DNA from: an uncultured delta proteobacterium | GTDB taxonomy: Bacteria; Myxococcota_A; Polyangia; Palsa-1104 | Direction: 5' to 3' | DNA: 64,000 nucleotides | NCBI GenBank assembly: GCA_963785725.1 | Contig: CAWAWS010000037.1 | Location: 30,345 to 94,344 of the forward strand | Shown here: positions 1 through 10,739 of the stretch, one piece after another | How positions within the stretch are numbered: the first letter of the stretch is position 1 | How the letters are laid out: every line of letters starts with the position of its first letter | The notes under the pieces: model-generated | Database searches by the model: none | Told to the model about the DNA's origin: nothing | The model's input: only the letters and a program-made list of their open reading frames with translations | Made by a program: the position numbers and the translations under genes

Positions 1-2
1 CG

Positions 3-1049
3 ACGAACGCGCGGCTGTGGCGCTGGCTGTGGATCGCCGCCGGCGCCGCCCTCTATCGCTTCACGTACGGCATCAACTTGGCCGACCTGGCGCTGGCGCT
101 GAGCGCGCTCGCCGTCGCCGACAGCTTCGGGACCGGCGTTCCGACGTGGCTGCGCTGGCCGCTGCGCGCGTCGCCCGTCTTCGCCTTCTTCGCGGCGCGG
201 CTGTTCTTTCGGCAGCTGGTGCCGCTCATGCGCGCCTACGGCTGGTTCGTCGCCTACAAGCTCGACGTCGTGCTCGCGGCCGAGGCGCTGGTGGCGCTGA
301 CGCTCGGCCTCGTCGTGGCGCTGCTCGTGCGCAGCCGGGCGTCGGTGGCGGCGCGCGCGCTCCGGCTGCCGCTGGCCTTCGTCGCCGCCAACTGGGCCGA
401 CGCGCGCTATCTCCAGCACCTGAAGCCGCCCGAGCCCTATTATCTCTTGAAGTATCCGATTCACGGCGTCGTGTTGGGCGCGGCGGCGCTCGTGGTCGTG
501 GTGACGCTGGCGGCGGTGCTCGTCGTCGATGCGCTGGCGACCAAGCCGCGCACGCTCGCGTCGCTCGCCGTCGGCGTCGTCGCGCTGGCGCTGGCGACGC
601 GCGGCATCCAGCAGTGGCGCGTCGGCTTTCGGCCCTTCTGGCCGCTGTTCGAAGAGCGCGTCCTGCGGCACGCGCCCTATCGCACCACGCGGCCGCTGGC
701 CGATCTGGCGGCCTGGCCGCGCATCGAGCAGGTGCTCAAGCGGCAAAACAAGCAGTTCGGCGGCTACCTCACGTCGTGGTGGCCGATGTTCAACTTCATG
801 AACGCCGCCTTCGGCTATTACAACGGCGGCCGACGCTTTTGGGATCACGGCTTCGCCAAACACGAGCCCGGCTATTGCGTCTTTTGGGACCGCGGCAAAG
901 TCGATTGGTGGTCCGGCCGTAACGACTTCACGTCGGCGCTGTCGTTCGACGTGAGCCAGCTCGAGCAGCGCGGGCCGCAAGAGTGCATCGGCTATCGCGC
1001 GCACTGGAACCGTTCGATCGAGCGCACGCTCTGTTACGTCTGCCAATAG
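3..1049 (+). CDS. Multi-pass membrane protein with a Cys-containing C-terminal soluble domain (5' end outside the window)
   Basis: Frame is open from position 3 (TNARLWRWLWIAAG...) to TAG at 1049; several hydrophobic segments, then a soluble tail; directly upstream of a GT2. Confidence 0.6.
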   Translation, partial: TNARLWRWLWIAAGAALYRFTYGINLADLALALSALAVADSFGTGVPTWLRWPLRASPVFAFFAARLFFRQLVPLMRAYGWFVAYKLDVVLAAEALVALTLGLVVALLVRSRASVAARALRLPLAFVAANWADARYLQHLKPPEPYYLLKYPIHGVVLGAAALVVVVTLAAVLVVDALATKPRTLASLAVGVVALALATRGIQQWRVGFRPFWPLFEERVLRHAPYRTTRPLADLAAWPRIEQVLKRQNKQFGGYLTSWWPMFNFMNAAFGYYNGGRRFWDHGFAKHEPGYCVFWDRGKVDWWSGRNDFTSALSFDVSQLEQRGPQECIGYRAHWNRSIERTLCYVCQ

Positions 1050-1089
1050 CGGCCCAGCGATGGTATACCCGCGGGAAATCAAGGAACCG

Positions 1090-1863
1090 ATGTCGCGTCA
1101 TTATCGCCGCCTCAGCGTCATCATCCCGGCCTACAACGAGACGCGCACGATCGATCGCATCTTGAAGGCGGTCAAACAGATCGATCTGACGCCGCTCGGG
1201 CTCGAGCGTGAGATCGTCGTCGTCGATGACGGCTCCGTCGACGACACGGCGGAGATCATTCGGCGCACGCATCCCGACGTCGTGCTCATCTCGCACTTCG
1301 TCAACCAAGGCAAAGGCAACGCGATTCGCACGGCGCTGCAGCGCGCCACCGGCGACATCGTGCTCATCCAAGACGCCGACTTGGAATACGATCCCAACGA
1401 CTACCCGGCGCTCTTGCAGCCCATCGTCGACGGGCAAGCCAAGGTCGTGTTCGGCTCGCGCTTCTTGGATCGGGCCTATCCGCGGCGCATGCACCTGTCG
1501 AACTTCGTCGCCAATCGCATGCTGACGATGCTGAGCAACGTGCTCTACGGCATGCACATCACCGACGAAGCCACCTGCTACAAAGTGTTCGACGGCGATC
1601 TGCTGCGCGGTCTGCGCCTGCGCTGCCAAGAGTTCGAATTCTGTCCCGAGGTGATCGCGCTCCTCGGCCGGCAGAAGATTCCGGTCGTCGAAGTGCCGGT
1701 TCGCTACGTCGCGCGCACGAACGAGGAGGGCAAGAAGATCGGCTGGCTCGACGGCGTGCAAGCGGTGCGGACGCTGGTCGGCTATCGCTGGAAGCGGCTG
1801 CCCAAGCGCGATCGCTCGTTGGCGTCGCGCGCGCGGCCCGACGCGGCCAACTCGGCGGAGTGA
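1090..1863 (+). CDS. GT2 glycosyltransferase, polyprenol-phosphate (DPM1/ArnC-like) type
   Basis: SVIIPAYNE, VDDGSVD, NQGKG, QDADLEY, FGSRF, ITDEATCYK, EVPVRY motifs; AAGGA SD before ATG 1090. Confidence 0.9.
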   Translation: MSRHYRRLSVIIPAYNETRTIDRILKAVKQIDLTPLGLEREIVVVDDGSVDDTAEIIRRTHPDVVLISHFVNQGKGNAIRTALQRATGDIVLIQDADLEYDPNDYPALLQPIVDGQAKVVFGSRFLDRAYPRRMHLSNFVANRMLTMLSNVLYGMHITDEATCYKVFDGDLLRGLRLRCQEFEFCPEVIALLGRQKIPVVEVPVRYVARTNEEGKKIGWLDGVQAVRTLVGYRWKRLPKRDRSLASRARPDAANSAE

Positions 1864-1897
1864 CTTTCCCGGCCGTTTGAGCTAGCGTCTCTGGCGC

Positions 1898-2671
1898 TTG
1901 TCTACCGTCGCTGTCGTGCAAGCTCGGCTGGGATCTTCGCGGTTGCCGGGCAAAGTGCTGTTGCCGCTCGCCGGCAAGCCGATGTTGTGGCACATCGTCG
2001 ACCGCCTGCGGCGCGCGCCCGGCGTCGCCACCGTCGGCGTCGCCACGTCGGATCTGCCCGGCGACGAGCCGCTGCGCCAATTCTGCCGCGACGAAGGCAT
2101 CCCCGTCTTCGCCGGTGACGAACGCGACGTGCTCGACCGCTTCTACCGCGCCGCGCGCCAATTCGGCGGCGATCCCGTCATCCGCGTCACCGCCGACTGC
2201 CCGTTCGTCGATCCCGAGATCATCGGCCAGCTCGTCGCGCAGTATCACGCCGGCGCCTACGATCACTTCGCCGTCGCCACCGGCTCGGTCGCGCACGGCT
2301 TCCAAGGCGCGCGCTTTCCCGACGGGCTCGACGCCGAATGCATCCGCCTCGACGCGCTCGAACGGTCGTGGCGCGAAGCGACCGAGCCGAGCGACCGCGA
2401 GCACGTGACGCCGTATCTTTATCGCGTCGCCGGCCGCTTCCGCAACGGCATGCTGCCCGCCGCCGAAGATCACGGCAGCCTGCGCTGGACCGTCGATCAC
2501 GCCGCCGACTTCGCGCTCGTCGAGCGCGTCTACGCCGCCTTGTGGCGCGCCGACCGCCCGTTCTCGATGCCCGACATCCTCGACTTCTTCGCCGCGCATC
2601 CCGAGCTGCGCGCGCTCAATGACGCCTTCGTCGGTCAAGAAGGCTATCAGCAAGTGTGGAACCCAAAATGA
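1898..2671 (+). CDS. spsF: SpsF-family cytidylyltransferase
   Basis: QARLGSSRLPGKVL, DVLDRF, RVTADCP, REHVTPY, RWTVD motifs; ATGA overlap with the next gene. Confidence 0.85.
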   Translation: MSTVAVVQARLGSSRLPGKVLLPLAGKPMLWHIVDRLRRAPGVATVGVATSDLPGDEPLRQFCRDEGIPVFAGDERDVLDRFYRAARQFGGDPVIRVTADCPFVDPEIIGQLVAQYHAGAYDHFAVATGSVAHGFQGARFPDGLDAECIRLDALERSWREATEPSDREHVTPYLYRVAGRFRNGMLPAAEDHGSLRWTVDHAADFALVERVYAALWRADRPFSMPDILDFFAAHPELRALNDAFVGQEGYQQVWNPK

Positions 2672-3984
2672 GCCACAAAGGTCCCGAGCTTTATCGTCGC
2701 GCCAAGCAGCGCATTCCCGGCGGCACGCAGCTCTTGTCGAAGCGGCCGGAGATGTTCCTGCCCGAGCGCTGGCCGTCGTATTATCAGAGCGCGCGCGGCA
2801 TCGAGATCGTCGACCTCGACGGCGACGTCTATCTCGACTTCAGCATCATGGCCATCGGCGCCTGCATCTTGGGCTACGCCGATCCCGACGTCGACGGCGC
2901 GGTCAAGCAGTGCATCGACAACGGCGTGGCGTCGACGCTGAACGCGCCCGAAGAGGTCGAGCTCGCCGATCTCTTGTGCGAGCTGCATCCGTGGGCCGAC
3001 ATGGTCCGTTACGCGCGCTCGGGCGGCGAGGCGCTGTCCGTCGCCGTGCGCATCGCGCGGGCGCACAAACGGCGCGGCAAAGTCGCGTTCTCGGGCTATC
3101 ACGGCTGGACCGATTGGTACTTGGCGGCCAACCTAGGCGAATCGACGGCGCTCGATGGTCACCTCTTGCCGGGACTGGATCCGTCGGGTGTGCCGCGGGA
3201 GCTGCGCGGCTCGGCGCTGCCGTTTCACTACAACAACCTCGACGAGCTGAAGAAGATCGTCGACGCTCACAAAGGCGACTTGGCGGCGATCGTCATGGAG
3301 CCGCGGCGCGACGAGCCGCCGGCGCCGGGCTTCCTCGAGGCGGTGCGGCAGATCGCCAACGACATCGGCGCCGTCCTCATCTTCGACGAAGTGACGACCG
3401 GCTTTCGCCAGTGCTTGGGCGGCATCCACTTGACGATGGGCGTCGAGCCCGACCTCGCCGTCTTCGCCAAGTCGATCTCGAACGGCTACGCCATGTCGGC
3501 CGTCATCGGGCGCGCCGCGGTCATGGAGGCCGCGCAGTCGACGTTCATCTCGAGCACCAACTGGACCGAGCGCATCGGCCCGACGGCGGCCTTGGCGACG
3601 ATCAAGAAGCTCCGTCGCGACAACGTCATCGCGCACAACATCGACATCGGGCAGCGCGTCATCGCCGGCTGGAAGCGGCTCGGCGAGGAGGCGGGGCTGC
3701 ACCTGCACACGTCGAACCTGCCGACGCTGGCGCACTTCAAGATCGAGCACAAAGAAGAGCTGGCGCTGACGACGCTGTTCACGCAGGAGATGCTGGCGCG
3801 CGGCTTTCTGGCGTGGACGCAGTTCAAAGCGTCGCTGGCGCACAAGCCCGAGCACGTCGAGGATTACTTGGCGGCGGCGCGCGAGGTGTTCGCGATCATG
3901 AAGGACGCGCTGGCCAAAGGCGACCTGCATAGCCGGCTGCAAGGTCCGCTGCAGCGGCGCGGCTTCTATCGTCTGACGTCGTGA
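2668..3984 (+). CDS. Class III PLP-dependent aminotransferase (GSA-aminomutase-like, polysaccharide-locus type)
   Basis: QLLSKRP, RSGGEA, GYHGW, LIFDEVTTGFR, PDLAVFAKSISNG (PLP lysine). Confidence 0.88.
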   Translation: MSHKGPELYRRAKQRIPGGTQLLSKRPEMFLPERWPSYYQSARGIEIVDLDGDVYLDFSIMAIGACILGYADPDVDGAVKQCIDNGVASTLNAPEEVELADLLCELHPWADMVRYARSGGEALSVAVRIARAHKRRGKVAFSGYHGWTDWYLAANLGESTALDGHLLPGLDPSGVPRELRGSALPFHYNNLDELKKIVDAHKGDLAAIVMEPRRDEPPAPGFLEAVRQIANDIGAVLIFDEVTTGFRQCLGGIHLTMGVEPDLAVFAKSISNGYAMSAVIGRAAVMEAAQSTFISSTNWTERIGPTAALATIKKLRRDNVIAHNIDIGQRVIAGWKRLGEEAGLHLHTSNLPTLAHFKIEHKEELALTTLFTQEMLARGFLAWTQFKASLAHKPEHVEDYLAAAREVFAIMKDALAKGDLHSRLQGPLQRRGFYRLTS

Positions 3985-4928
3985 CGCAGACGCGCACGCT
4001 CGGGCGCACCGGCCTGGCCGTGTCCGCCATCGGCTTCGGCACGGTGTCGCTCGGCCTCGACTACGGCATCGCGGCGCCGGCGCGCTTCGGCCGGCCCGAC
4101 GACGCCGACGCCGTCGCCACCTTGCGCCGTGCCGCCGACGCCGGCGTCACGCTCTTCGACACGGCGCCCGCGTACGGCGACGCCGAGCGGCTCCTCGGCG
4201 ACGCCGTGGGCGCGCGCGGCGAGTGCGTGCTGGCGACGAAGGTGACGGTACCGCGCGGTACCAACGGCCAGCCGCTGCGCGGCCGGCTGCTCGCCGAATC
4301 CCTACAGGCGCAGCTGACTCACAGCCGCCTCGCGCTCCGTCGCGATCCGCTCGACGTCGTGCAGATTCACAACGCCACCGTCGAGCTCATCGAAGACGGC
4401 GAGCTCTTGGAGCTGCTGGAGATGGCGCGCCGGCGCGGGCAGCTGCGCTTCATCGGCGCCTCGGTCTATCGCGAAGCGGAGGCGTTGGCGGCGATCGCCA
4501 GCGGTCGCATCGACGTACTGCAGGTCGCGTACAGCCTGCTCGATCAGCGCATGGCGGCGCGCGTGTTCGCGGCGGCGCAGGCGGCGAACGTCGGCATGCT
4601 GGCGCGCTCGGCGTTCCTGAAGGGCGCGCTGACGGACAAGGCGCAGTTCTTACCGCCGGCGCTGGCGCCGCTGCGCGACGCGGCCGATCGCGCGCGCGTG
4701 GCGCTCGGCGTCGATTGGCGCGGCCTGCCGGAGCTGGCGCTGCGCTTTTGCCTGTCGGCGCCGGCGATCGCGACGGTGCTCTTCGGCGCGCGCACGACCG
4801 ACGAGCTCGACGCGGCGTTGGCGGCGGCGGCGGCCGGTCCGCTCGCCGCCGAGCAGCTGCAGCAGACGCCGCCATTGGCGCTGACCGACGAACGGCTGCT
4901 CGACCCGTCGCAGTGGCCGGCGCTCTAA
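3981..4928 (+). CDS. Aldo/keto reductase
   Basis: LGRTGLAVSAIGFG, FDTAPAYGDAE, LATK, QIHN, IGASVY; GTGA overlap. Confidence 0.88.
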   Translation: MTQTRTLGRTGLAVSAIGFGTVSLGLDYGIAAPARFGRPDDADAVATLRRAADAGVTLFDTAPAYGDAERLLGDAVGARGECVLATKVTVPRGTNGQPLRGRLLAESLQAQLTHSRLALRRDPLDVVQIHNATVELIEDGELLELLEMARRRGQLRFIGASVYREAEALAAIASGRIDVLQVAYSLLDQRMAARVFAAAQAANVGMLARSAFLKGALTDKAQFLPPALAPLRDAADRARVALGVDWRGLPELALRFCLSAPAIATVLFGARTTDELDAALAAAAAGPLAAEQLQQTPPLALTDERLLDPSQWPAL

Positions 4929-4954
4929 CATTCGCGGTTATGCTAGGGATTCAC

Positions 4955-5518
4955 ATGTACACGCTGCGGCCGTTGAACGCGCTCGATCTGCCGATGATTC
5001 TCGCGTGGCGCAATCGGCCCGAGGTACGCCAGCTCATGTACACGCAGCATGTCATCCAGCCGGCCGAGCACGCGGCCTGGTTTGCGCGTCTCGAACATGA
5101 CGCGACCAAGCGCTATTTCGTCTGCTCGCGGGATGGCGAGCCGGTGGGCGTCGTCGGCTTTTACGGCATGAACGGCGGCAACGGCACGGCCGAGTGGGGC
5201 TTTTACAGCTGCGATCCGAGCCGTCGCGGTTTGGGCGCGCCGATGGCTCACTTGGCGCTGCAGGAGGCGTTCGGCGCGCTCGGCATACGCAAAGTGTCGG
5301 CCGAAGTGCTCGATCTCAACCCGCGCGGCCTGGCGTTTCATCGGCGGCTCGGCTTCGTCGACGAAGGCGTGCGCCGGCAGCATGTCGCGATCGATGGGCG
5401 TTATCACGACGTGCACCTGTTGGCGCTGTTCGCGGACGACTGGCGCAACGGGCTCGCCGAGCGGCTGCGGCGACGCCTCGACGACAAGCGACTCGGCAAA
5501 GGGAGCGACGAAGCATGA
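4955..5518 (+). CDS. pseH: PseH-like GNAT N-acetyltransferase
   Basis: LAWRNRPEVRQLMYTQHVI...EHAAWF, AEWGFY, GLG, KVSAEVL, GFVDEG; adjacent to pseI. Confidence 0.8.
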   Translation: MYTLRPLNALDLPMILAWRNRPEVRQLMYTQHVIQPAEHAAWFARLEHDATKRYFVCSRDGEPVGVVGFYGMNGGNGTAEWGFYSCDPSRRGLGAPMAHLALQEAFGALGIRKVSAEVLDLNPRGLAFHRRLGFVDEGVRRQHVAIDGRYHDVHLLALFADDWRNGLAERLRRRLDDKRLGKGSDEA

Positions 5519-6579
5519 CGGTGCGGCTCGATCCGGTGAACCTCGGCGGAACCTTGGTGGGACAAGGCTTACGGCCCTACGTCGTCGCCGAGATGTCGGG
5601 CAATCACAATCATTCGCTCGAGCGCGCCTTCGAGATCGTCGACGCCGCCGCCGCGGCCGGCGCGCACGCCATCAAGCTGCAGACGTACACCGCCGACAGC
5701 TTGACCATCGACAGCGACGGCGCCGACTTCCTCATCGACGATCCCAAGTCGCTGTGGAAGAACCGGCGGCTCTATCAGCTTTATCAAGAGGCGTGCACGC
5801 CCTACGAGTGGCACGCGCCGATCTTCGCGCGCTGCGCCGAGCGCGGCATGGCCTGTTTCTCGACGCCGTTCGATGCCGACGCGGTCGACTTCTTGGAGCG
5901 GCTGAACGCGCCGGCGTACAAGGTGGCGTCGTTCGAGAACATCGATCACGCGCTCCTGCGCAAGGTGGCGGCGACGGGAAAGCCGGTCATCATGTCGACG
6001 GGCATGGCGTCCATCGCCGAGCTGGCCGAGTCGGTGAGCGTGCTGCGCGCGGCCGGCTGCAAGCAGCTCATCCTGCTCAAGTGCACGAGCAATTATCCGG
6101 CGGCGCCGACCGACAGCAACCTGACGACGATTCCGCATATGCAGGCGCTGTTCGCGTGTCACGTCGGGCTATCCGATCACACGATGGGCGTCGGCGCGGC
6201 GGTGGCGGCGACGGCGTTGGGCGCGGCGTTCGTCGAGAAGCACTTCACGCTCAGGCGCGCCGATGGCGGCGTCGACTCGGCGTTCTCGCTCGAGCCGGCG
6301 GAGCTGGCGCAGCTCGTGGTCGAGACCGAGCGCGCGTGGCAAGCGATGGGGCAGGTGACGTACGGGCCGTCGCAGGCCGAGCGCAGCTCGCTGAAGTTCC
6401 GCCGCTCGCTCTATGTCGTCGCCGATGTGGCCGCGGGCGAGCCGTTCACGAGCGCCAACGTGCGCAGCATTCGTCCCGGCTTCGGGCTGCCGCCGAAGGA
6501 GCTGACGCTCGTGCTCGGCCGCAAAGCCGCGCGCGACCTCACGCGCGGCACGGCGTTGCGCTGGGAGCACCTCGGCTGA
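5515..6579 (+). CDS. pseI: Pseudaminic acid synthase (NeuB family with C-terminal SAF domain)
   Basis: AEMSGNHN, IKLQTYTAD, TPYEWH, FSTPFD, YKVASFE, LKCTSNYP, GLSDHT, EKHFTL, DSAFSLEP, RRSLY, IRPG. Confidence 0.92.
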   Translation: MTVRLDPVNLGGTLVGQGLRPYVVAEMSGNHNHSLERAFEIVDAAAAAGAHAIKLQTYTADSLTIDSDGADFLIDDPKSLWKNRRLYQLYQEACTPYEWHAPIFARCAERGMACFSTPFDADAVDFLERLNAPAYKVASFENIDHALLRKVAATGKPVIMSTGMASIAELAESVSVLRAAGCKQLILLKCTSNYPAAPTDSNLTTIPHMQALFACHVGLSDHTMGVGAAVAATALGAAFVEKHFTLRRADGGVDSAFSLEPAELAQLVVETERAWQAMGQVTYGPSQAERSSLKFRRSLYVVADVAAGEPFTSANVRSIRPGFGLPPKELTLVLGRKAARDLTRGTALRWEHLG

Positions 6580-6618
6580 ATCGTTCGAGACGTAGGCGAG
6601 ACGAGACGTTCGCGAAGA

Positions 6619-7578
6619 CTAGCGACGGCGGGGGAGGGCGAGCAGCTCTTCGGCGACGCGCGAGACGCCCTGTCCGTCGACGAGGCGCTGGCCGGCGTCG
6701 GTGAGCGACTGGCGACGGCCGCGGTCGGCGGCCAGCTGCGCCAGCGCGTCGCCGAGCCCGGCGGCGTCGGTGGCGATGAGCGTCGGCACCGCCGCGAGCG
6801 CGTCCAGGCTGCGCCGCTGATTCTCCGCCAAGCACAGCGCCAGCGACGGCAGCCCGACCGCGGCCAGCTCGTAGCTCGTCTGCCCGCCGCCGCTGACCGC
6901 CAGATCGGCGACCTTCATGAGCGGCGCCAGATCGGACGGCGCGCGATGCAGCGTGACCTTGCTGTCGTCGCCGAGCGCGTCGATGGCGGCGCCGTCGGCG
7001 AACAGCGGGCCGACGACGACGTCGACGGCGACTTCGGGCAGCACGCGGCGCACCGTCGCGACGACGGCCGGCGTCAGCGCGCCCGGGTCGGCGCCGCCCA
7101 ACGTCACCAGCACGCGGCGCACATCGGGCGTCGTCTGTCGCGGCGGCAGCTTGCGGAAGCTGCGCCGCAAGAGCGCATAACGCGGCCCCAACAACAGGCG
7201 CGCATCGTCATGATAGGGCAGCTCGTCGGCGTCGACGGCGCTGTTGAGCACGAGATCGACGTCGGTCGGTCGATTGGCCAGGTCGTCGATGAGCGCCAAC
7301 GCCGCGACGCGCGGGCGCAGCGCGCTCAGCCACGGCCCGTCGATGCCGTAGTCGTCGACGACGACGATGATCTGGCGATCGGCGCTGGCCAGCGCCTCGT
7401 CGGCGGGCTCGGCCGTGTGGCCGGCGGCGGCGACGGCCTCGAAGCCACGCGCGTCGCCGGCGAGCCAGAACGTGGGCGTATGCCCCGTGGCCTTCAGCTC
7501 GTCGGCGAGCGTCAGACAGCGGCGGAGATGGCCGAAGCCGACCGCGGGACCGGAAGTAGTTCGTAATGCGAACTTCAT
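6619..7578 (-). CDS. pseG: PseG-like UDP-sugar hydrolase
   Basis: GFGHLRRCLTLA, VDDY, IDDLA, LLGPRYALLR, TLGGAD, SGGGQTSYELA, AENQ. Confidence 0.85.
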   Translation of the reverse strand: MKFALRTTSGPAVGFGHLRRCLTLADELKATGHTPTFWLAGDARGFEAVAAAGHTAEPADEALASADRQIIVVVDDYGIDGPWLSALRPRVAALALIDDLANRPTDVDLVLNSAVDADELPYHDDARLLLGPRYALLRRSFRKLPPRQTTPDVRRVLVTLGGADPGALTPAVVATVRRVLPEVAVDVVVGPLFADGAAIDALGDDSKVTLHRAPSDLAPLMKVADLAVSGGGQTSYELAAVGLPSLALCLAENQRRSLDALAAVPTLIATDAAGLGDALAQLAADRGRRQSLTDAGQRLVDGQGVSRVAEELLALPRRR

Positions 7579-7579
7579 A

Positions 7580-8715
7580 CTAGCTCCGTCCTAACGCCGC
7601 GTGCACCGCGACGATGACGCGCTCGACATCGGCGTCGCTCATGGCCGGGTAGAGCGGCAAGCTCACGAGCTCGTCCGCTGCGCGCGCCGCCACCGGCGTT
7701 TCCACCGGCTTGTGGCCGAGCGCGCGATAGAGCGGCATATCGTTGACGGCCACATAATGCACTTGCGGCAAAATACCTTGCTCCTGCAGAGCGGCGAAGA
7801 AGCGCGCCCGCTCGTTGACGCGCACGGCAAACAGGTGCCAAGTCGGCTCGGCGCCCGGCTGCTGCGATTGTAGCCGCAAGCGCGGCTCCTGCGCGAAGGC
7901 CGCGCGATAACGTTCGACGATGGCGCGACGACGCGCCGAAAAGCGGTCCAGTTTGCGCAGCTGGCTGCGGCCGAGCGCGCATTGCAGCGCCGTCAGCCGA
8001 TAGTTGAACCCGAGCGACTGCACTTCGTAATACCACGGCCCGTCGTTGCGAACGAGACGGGCGGCGTCGCGCACCATGCCATGGTTACGGAAGTCGCGCG
8101 CCCGCTCGGCCAAGGTCGCGTCGTCGGTGAGGACGGCGCCGCCTTCGCCGGTCGTGATCGTCTTGACCGGGTGGAACGAGAACGTCGTCAGATGCGCCAG
8201 CGAGCCGACCGGGCGACCGAAGAGCTTGCCGCCGATCGAATGCGAGGCGTCGGCGATGACGGTCAAACCCTTGGCGCGCGCCAACGCCATGAGCTCGTCG
8301 TGTGCCGCCGGATGGCCCGCGAAATCCACCGGCACCAACGCTTTGGTGCGCGGCGTGATCGCCTTGGCGGCTTCGGTCGGATCGAGGCACAGCGTGCCTT
8401 CGTCGACGTCGGCGAAGACGGGCTTGCCGCCGAGCGCCAGCACCATGTTGGCGGTGGCGCTGAACGTCAGCGGCGACGTCACGACCTCGTCGCCGGCGCC
8501 GACGCCGGCCGCCGCGTACGCGCAATGCAGCGCGGCCGTGCCGTTGGCGACGACGACGGCGTGGCGCGCGCCGCACGCCGCCGCCAGCTCGGCCTCGAAC
8601 GCGTCCACTTCCGGCCCGGTCGTCAAATAGTCGCTGCGCAGGACGCGCACGACCTCGGCGATGTCGTCGTCCTCGACGAGCTGCCGGCCGTACGGAAGCG
8701 GGTGCGCCGGCGTCG

Positions 8716-8719
<4 letters not shown>
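7580..8719 (-). CDS. pseC: PseC (DegT/DnrJ family) aminotransferase
   Basis: PYGRQ, DYLTTGPEV, NGTAALH, DASHSIG, FSFHPVKTITTGEGG, GFNYRL. Confidence 0.92.
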
Positions 8720-9853
<1,134 letters not shown>

Positions 9854-9866
9854 TCACGTTCGCGGC

Positions 9867-10739
9867 ATGACCGTGGCGCCCGTCGCTCTGGTGACCGGCG
9901 CCGCCGGCTTCATCGGCGCGCACGTGCAGCGCGGCCTTACGCGCGCCGGCTGGCAGGCGCTCGCCGCCGGCCGCGGCACGGCGCTCCCGCAAATCAACGC
10001 CGCAGCCTTGGCCGCGCTGCCCGAGCTGCAGCTCGTCGTCCACTGCGCCGGCGGCAGCTCTGTGGCGCGCTCGGTGACGGCGCCGCTCGACGACTTCACC
10101 GACAGCGTGCCGCCGCTGGCGCAGCTGTTCGAGCACGTGCGCACGCGCGCGCCGGCCGCCAAAGTCGTGCTCCTGTCGAGCGCGGCCGTCTACGGCGACG
10201 CGCGCACGTTCCCCATCGCCGAGACGAGCCCGCTCGAGCCGATTTCGCCCTACGGCTGTCACAAGCTCATGTGCGAGCAGCTGTGCGCCTCGTACGGTCA
10301 CAATTACGGGATCTCCTCGGCCATCCTGCGCTTCTTCTCGGTTTACGGCCCCGGTCTGCGCAAGCAGCTCTTGTGGGACGCCTGCCAAAAGGCACAGCGC
10401 GGTGAGCGCCTCTTCTCCGGCAGTGGCCAGGAGGTGCGCGACTGGCTGCACATCGACGACGCCGTCGCGCTCGTCCTCGCCGTCGCCGCCGGCGCCGCGC
10501 CCAGCGTGCCCGTCGTCAACGGCGGCACCGGCGTCGCCACGCCCGTCGCCGCCGTCGTCACGCAGCTGTTCGCCGCGCTCGACGCCGGCGCGCCCGCGTT
10601 CGCCGGCGGCGGCCGCGTCGGCGACCCGGCGCGCTACATCGCCGACATCACGACGGCCCGCGCGCTCGGCTGGTCGCCGTCGGTGTCGATCGTCGACGGC
10701 GTCGCCGAATACGTCCGCTGGTTCCGCGAGCAGGCATGA
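9867..10739 (+). CDS. NAD-dependent epimerase/dehydratase (extended SDR)
   Basis: TGAAGFIG, SSAAVYG, SPYGCHK (YxxxK), RFFSVYGPG, RDWLHIDD. Confidence 0.9.
   Translation: MTVAPVALVTGAAGFIGAHVQRGLTRAGWQALAAGRGTALPQINAAALAALPELQLVVHCAGGSSVARSVTAPLDDFTDSVPPLAQLFEHVRTRAPAAKVVLLSSAAVYGDARTFPIAETSPLEPISPYGCHKLMCEQLCASYGHNYGISSAILRFFSVYGPGLRKQLLWDACQKAQRGERLFSGSGQEVRDWLHIDDAVALVLAVAAGAAPSVPVVNGGTGVATPVAAVVTQLFAALDAGAPAFAGGGRVGDPARYIADITTARALGWSPSVSIVDGVAEYVRWFREQA

Noticed and set aside
2668..3984. hemL (tetrapyrrole synthesis)
   Set aside because: Coupled to spsF and an AKR in a sugar operon and has the LLSKRP N-terminus where HemL has GGVNSPVR
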